NCBI GenBank assembly: GCA_013239625.1
Contig: MU054212.1
Span: 8,455,084 to 8,519,083 of the forward strand
Direction of reading: 5' to 3'
DNA: 64,000 nt
DNA from: Lama guanicoe
Taxonomy: Eukaryota
How positions within the stretch are numbered: the stretch's first letter is position 1; the number at the start of each line of letters is the position of its first letter. A model generated the notes under the pieces. That model saw only the letters and a list, made by a program, of their open reading frames with translations, ran no database searches and was not told the DNA's origin. The position numbers were made by a program, and so were the translations under genes. Shown here piece by piece: positions 62,573 through 64,000 of the stretch.

Positions 62573-62711
62573 ATGAGAAAATTTGCATATTGCAAGGTGG
62601 TCCTGGCCACCTCCTTGATTTGGGTACTCTTGGATATGTTCCTGCTGCTTTACTTCAGTGAATGCAACAAATGTGATGAAAAAAAAGAGAGAGGACTTCC
62701 TGCTGGGGATG
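62573..62711 (+). CDS. GALNT1: GALNT1 first coding segment: 46 codons + 1 nt (phase 1), encoding the cytoplasmic tail, type II TM anchor and start of the stem; gene continues beyond the window
   Basis: Manual translation from gtgccATG (62573) gives [46 protein letters not shown], the recognised N-terminus of mammalian ppGalNAc-T1. The paralog GALNT13 starts MRRFVYCK and differs after KKER. Ends at donor G|GTGAGT (62712-62717). Confidence 0.97.
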
Positions 62712-64000
62712 GTGAGTTACTTTCTATCACAATGGACCTGTTTTGATACGTATGTCACTTGTTTTTACTGATTTGGAAACTATAAAGTTTTAACAGTTTT
62801 AGATTAATCATAATCTCTGGCTTCCCGTATATGATGGTCATATTTGCAGCACTTGTCCAGTGGGTTCTTCCAACAGTTAAAAGTATTCGAGTATCACATA
62901 TAGAATTGCTAAATTCAATTTGTGTGTTCAATATTAAATGTAGTTAATTTTGTGGAAGTTATATGACCGAATAATGCAAGGCCTCTCAGAGCCGAAACTC
63001 CGGCAACTGTACGGAGGACTGGTCTGACTCCATAATGCTGAGCAGGGCGTTACAGCTGCAGTAGCAGCATCAGGGAGATTGCTCCAGCCTTCCTGTCTCA
63101 GGCCTAAGGGAAGAGGTCATTTTAGGTAGATGTCTGGAGAGTTCGTTTTGTTAATGCTGGAGATAGCTCCAGTTAGCACGTTTAAGGAGAACTTTTGAAA
63201 AGATCAGGCTGTAAAATAGGGGCCGCTGTGAGAACGCCACAGTAACTGATACGGGAAAGGAAGACAGCACACGATGGAGGACGTACGTTGGCAAGTACTG
63301 ACATTTTTGGCAGAGGACACCTGAAAAATTCAGTTTTAAACTCTGTGTTTAAACCAACACATGAATGCTGCCTTTTATTTTTGTTTTTAAACATGGTGAA
63401 AATGACTCTGCCTTGTGAGTCAGTGATGCCACTGTTCTGGGCTCTGAACTCTCCGTGATTAGTTATAGAATATCTGGCTAACCAGGATCTGTTTTAAGGA
63501 GTTATATGTAGATGATTAGTTTTCTTTGAATATGTTGTCACATTTAAATATTTTGCACTTTTACAGCGCAGGCACCTGGTCCCTTAAAATTTATAACCTA
63601 AAAATTATTTATTATTGGTAAGTGTGCCTACTTCCTGTAATTTTTATAGATGGGATTGTGTGACCAGTTCTATTTATTTTTTGGGAAATTTGCCTAAAAT
63701 TAGGCTCAGTTGCTAACACTGGACTTTAGTAATACCTAGCCTAACCCCTAACTTTCTCATTTTCACCTTCCCTGTAATTTTTTAATAAAATATATTTTTA
63801 TTCGAAGTCACCCTATTAATTTGTTGACTTCCCTGGTTTCCTTTATGGTCCTGCTGGTTAGTAAGTTTGTTGGGCGACAAAACCCTGCCTCCTTACCTGC
63901 TGTTAAAGCTATAACTCTGTCTCCATTTAAATCAAAGGGCAGGTATTGCCATGCATCAGTAAGAAGGTAGGGTATTCTTTTCTTAAATAGAACGGATTAA

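Overview
Mammalian nuclear genomic DNA, most likely a camelid: three tRNA-Ala-derived Vic-1-type SINEs are present, and I saw no Alu, BovB/Bov-tA or PRE-1. The window covers the 5' end of GALNT1 (polypeptide N-acetylgalactosaminyltransferase 1) on the + strand. About 25 kb of repeat-rich upstream DNA is followed by a CpG-island promoter (~25.6-27.0 kb, with a 205-nt N gap probably over the TSS). A non-coding first exon ends at a GTGAGT donor (26534|26535). A 35,931-nt intron 1 follows, then the first coding exon (62466-62711; ATG 62573; [46 protein letters not shown]). Most of the rest is decayed L1, L2, CR1/L3, MIR, MaLR/ERVL solo LTRs and hAT MITEs. Repeat family names were assigned from memory of the consensus sequences and their boundaries are approximate. 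None of the supplied ORFs looks like a real gene, and the true exon is below the track's length cut-off. I found no prokaryote-style system and no convincing wholly new system. The best lead is in the GALNT1 5'UTR: three uORFs, one per frame, two of them crossing an (AT)8 microsatellite that is followed by stop codons in all three frames just before the main AUG.
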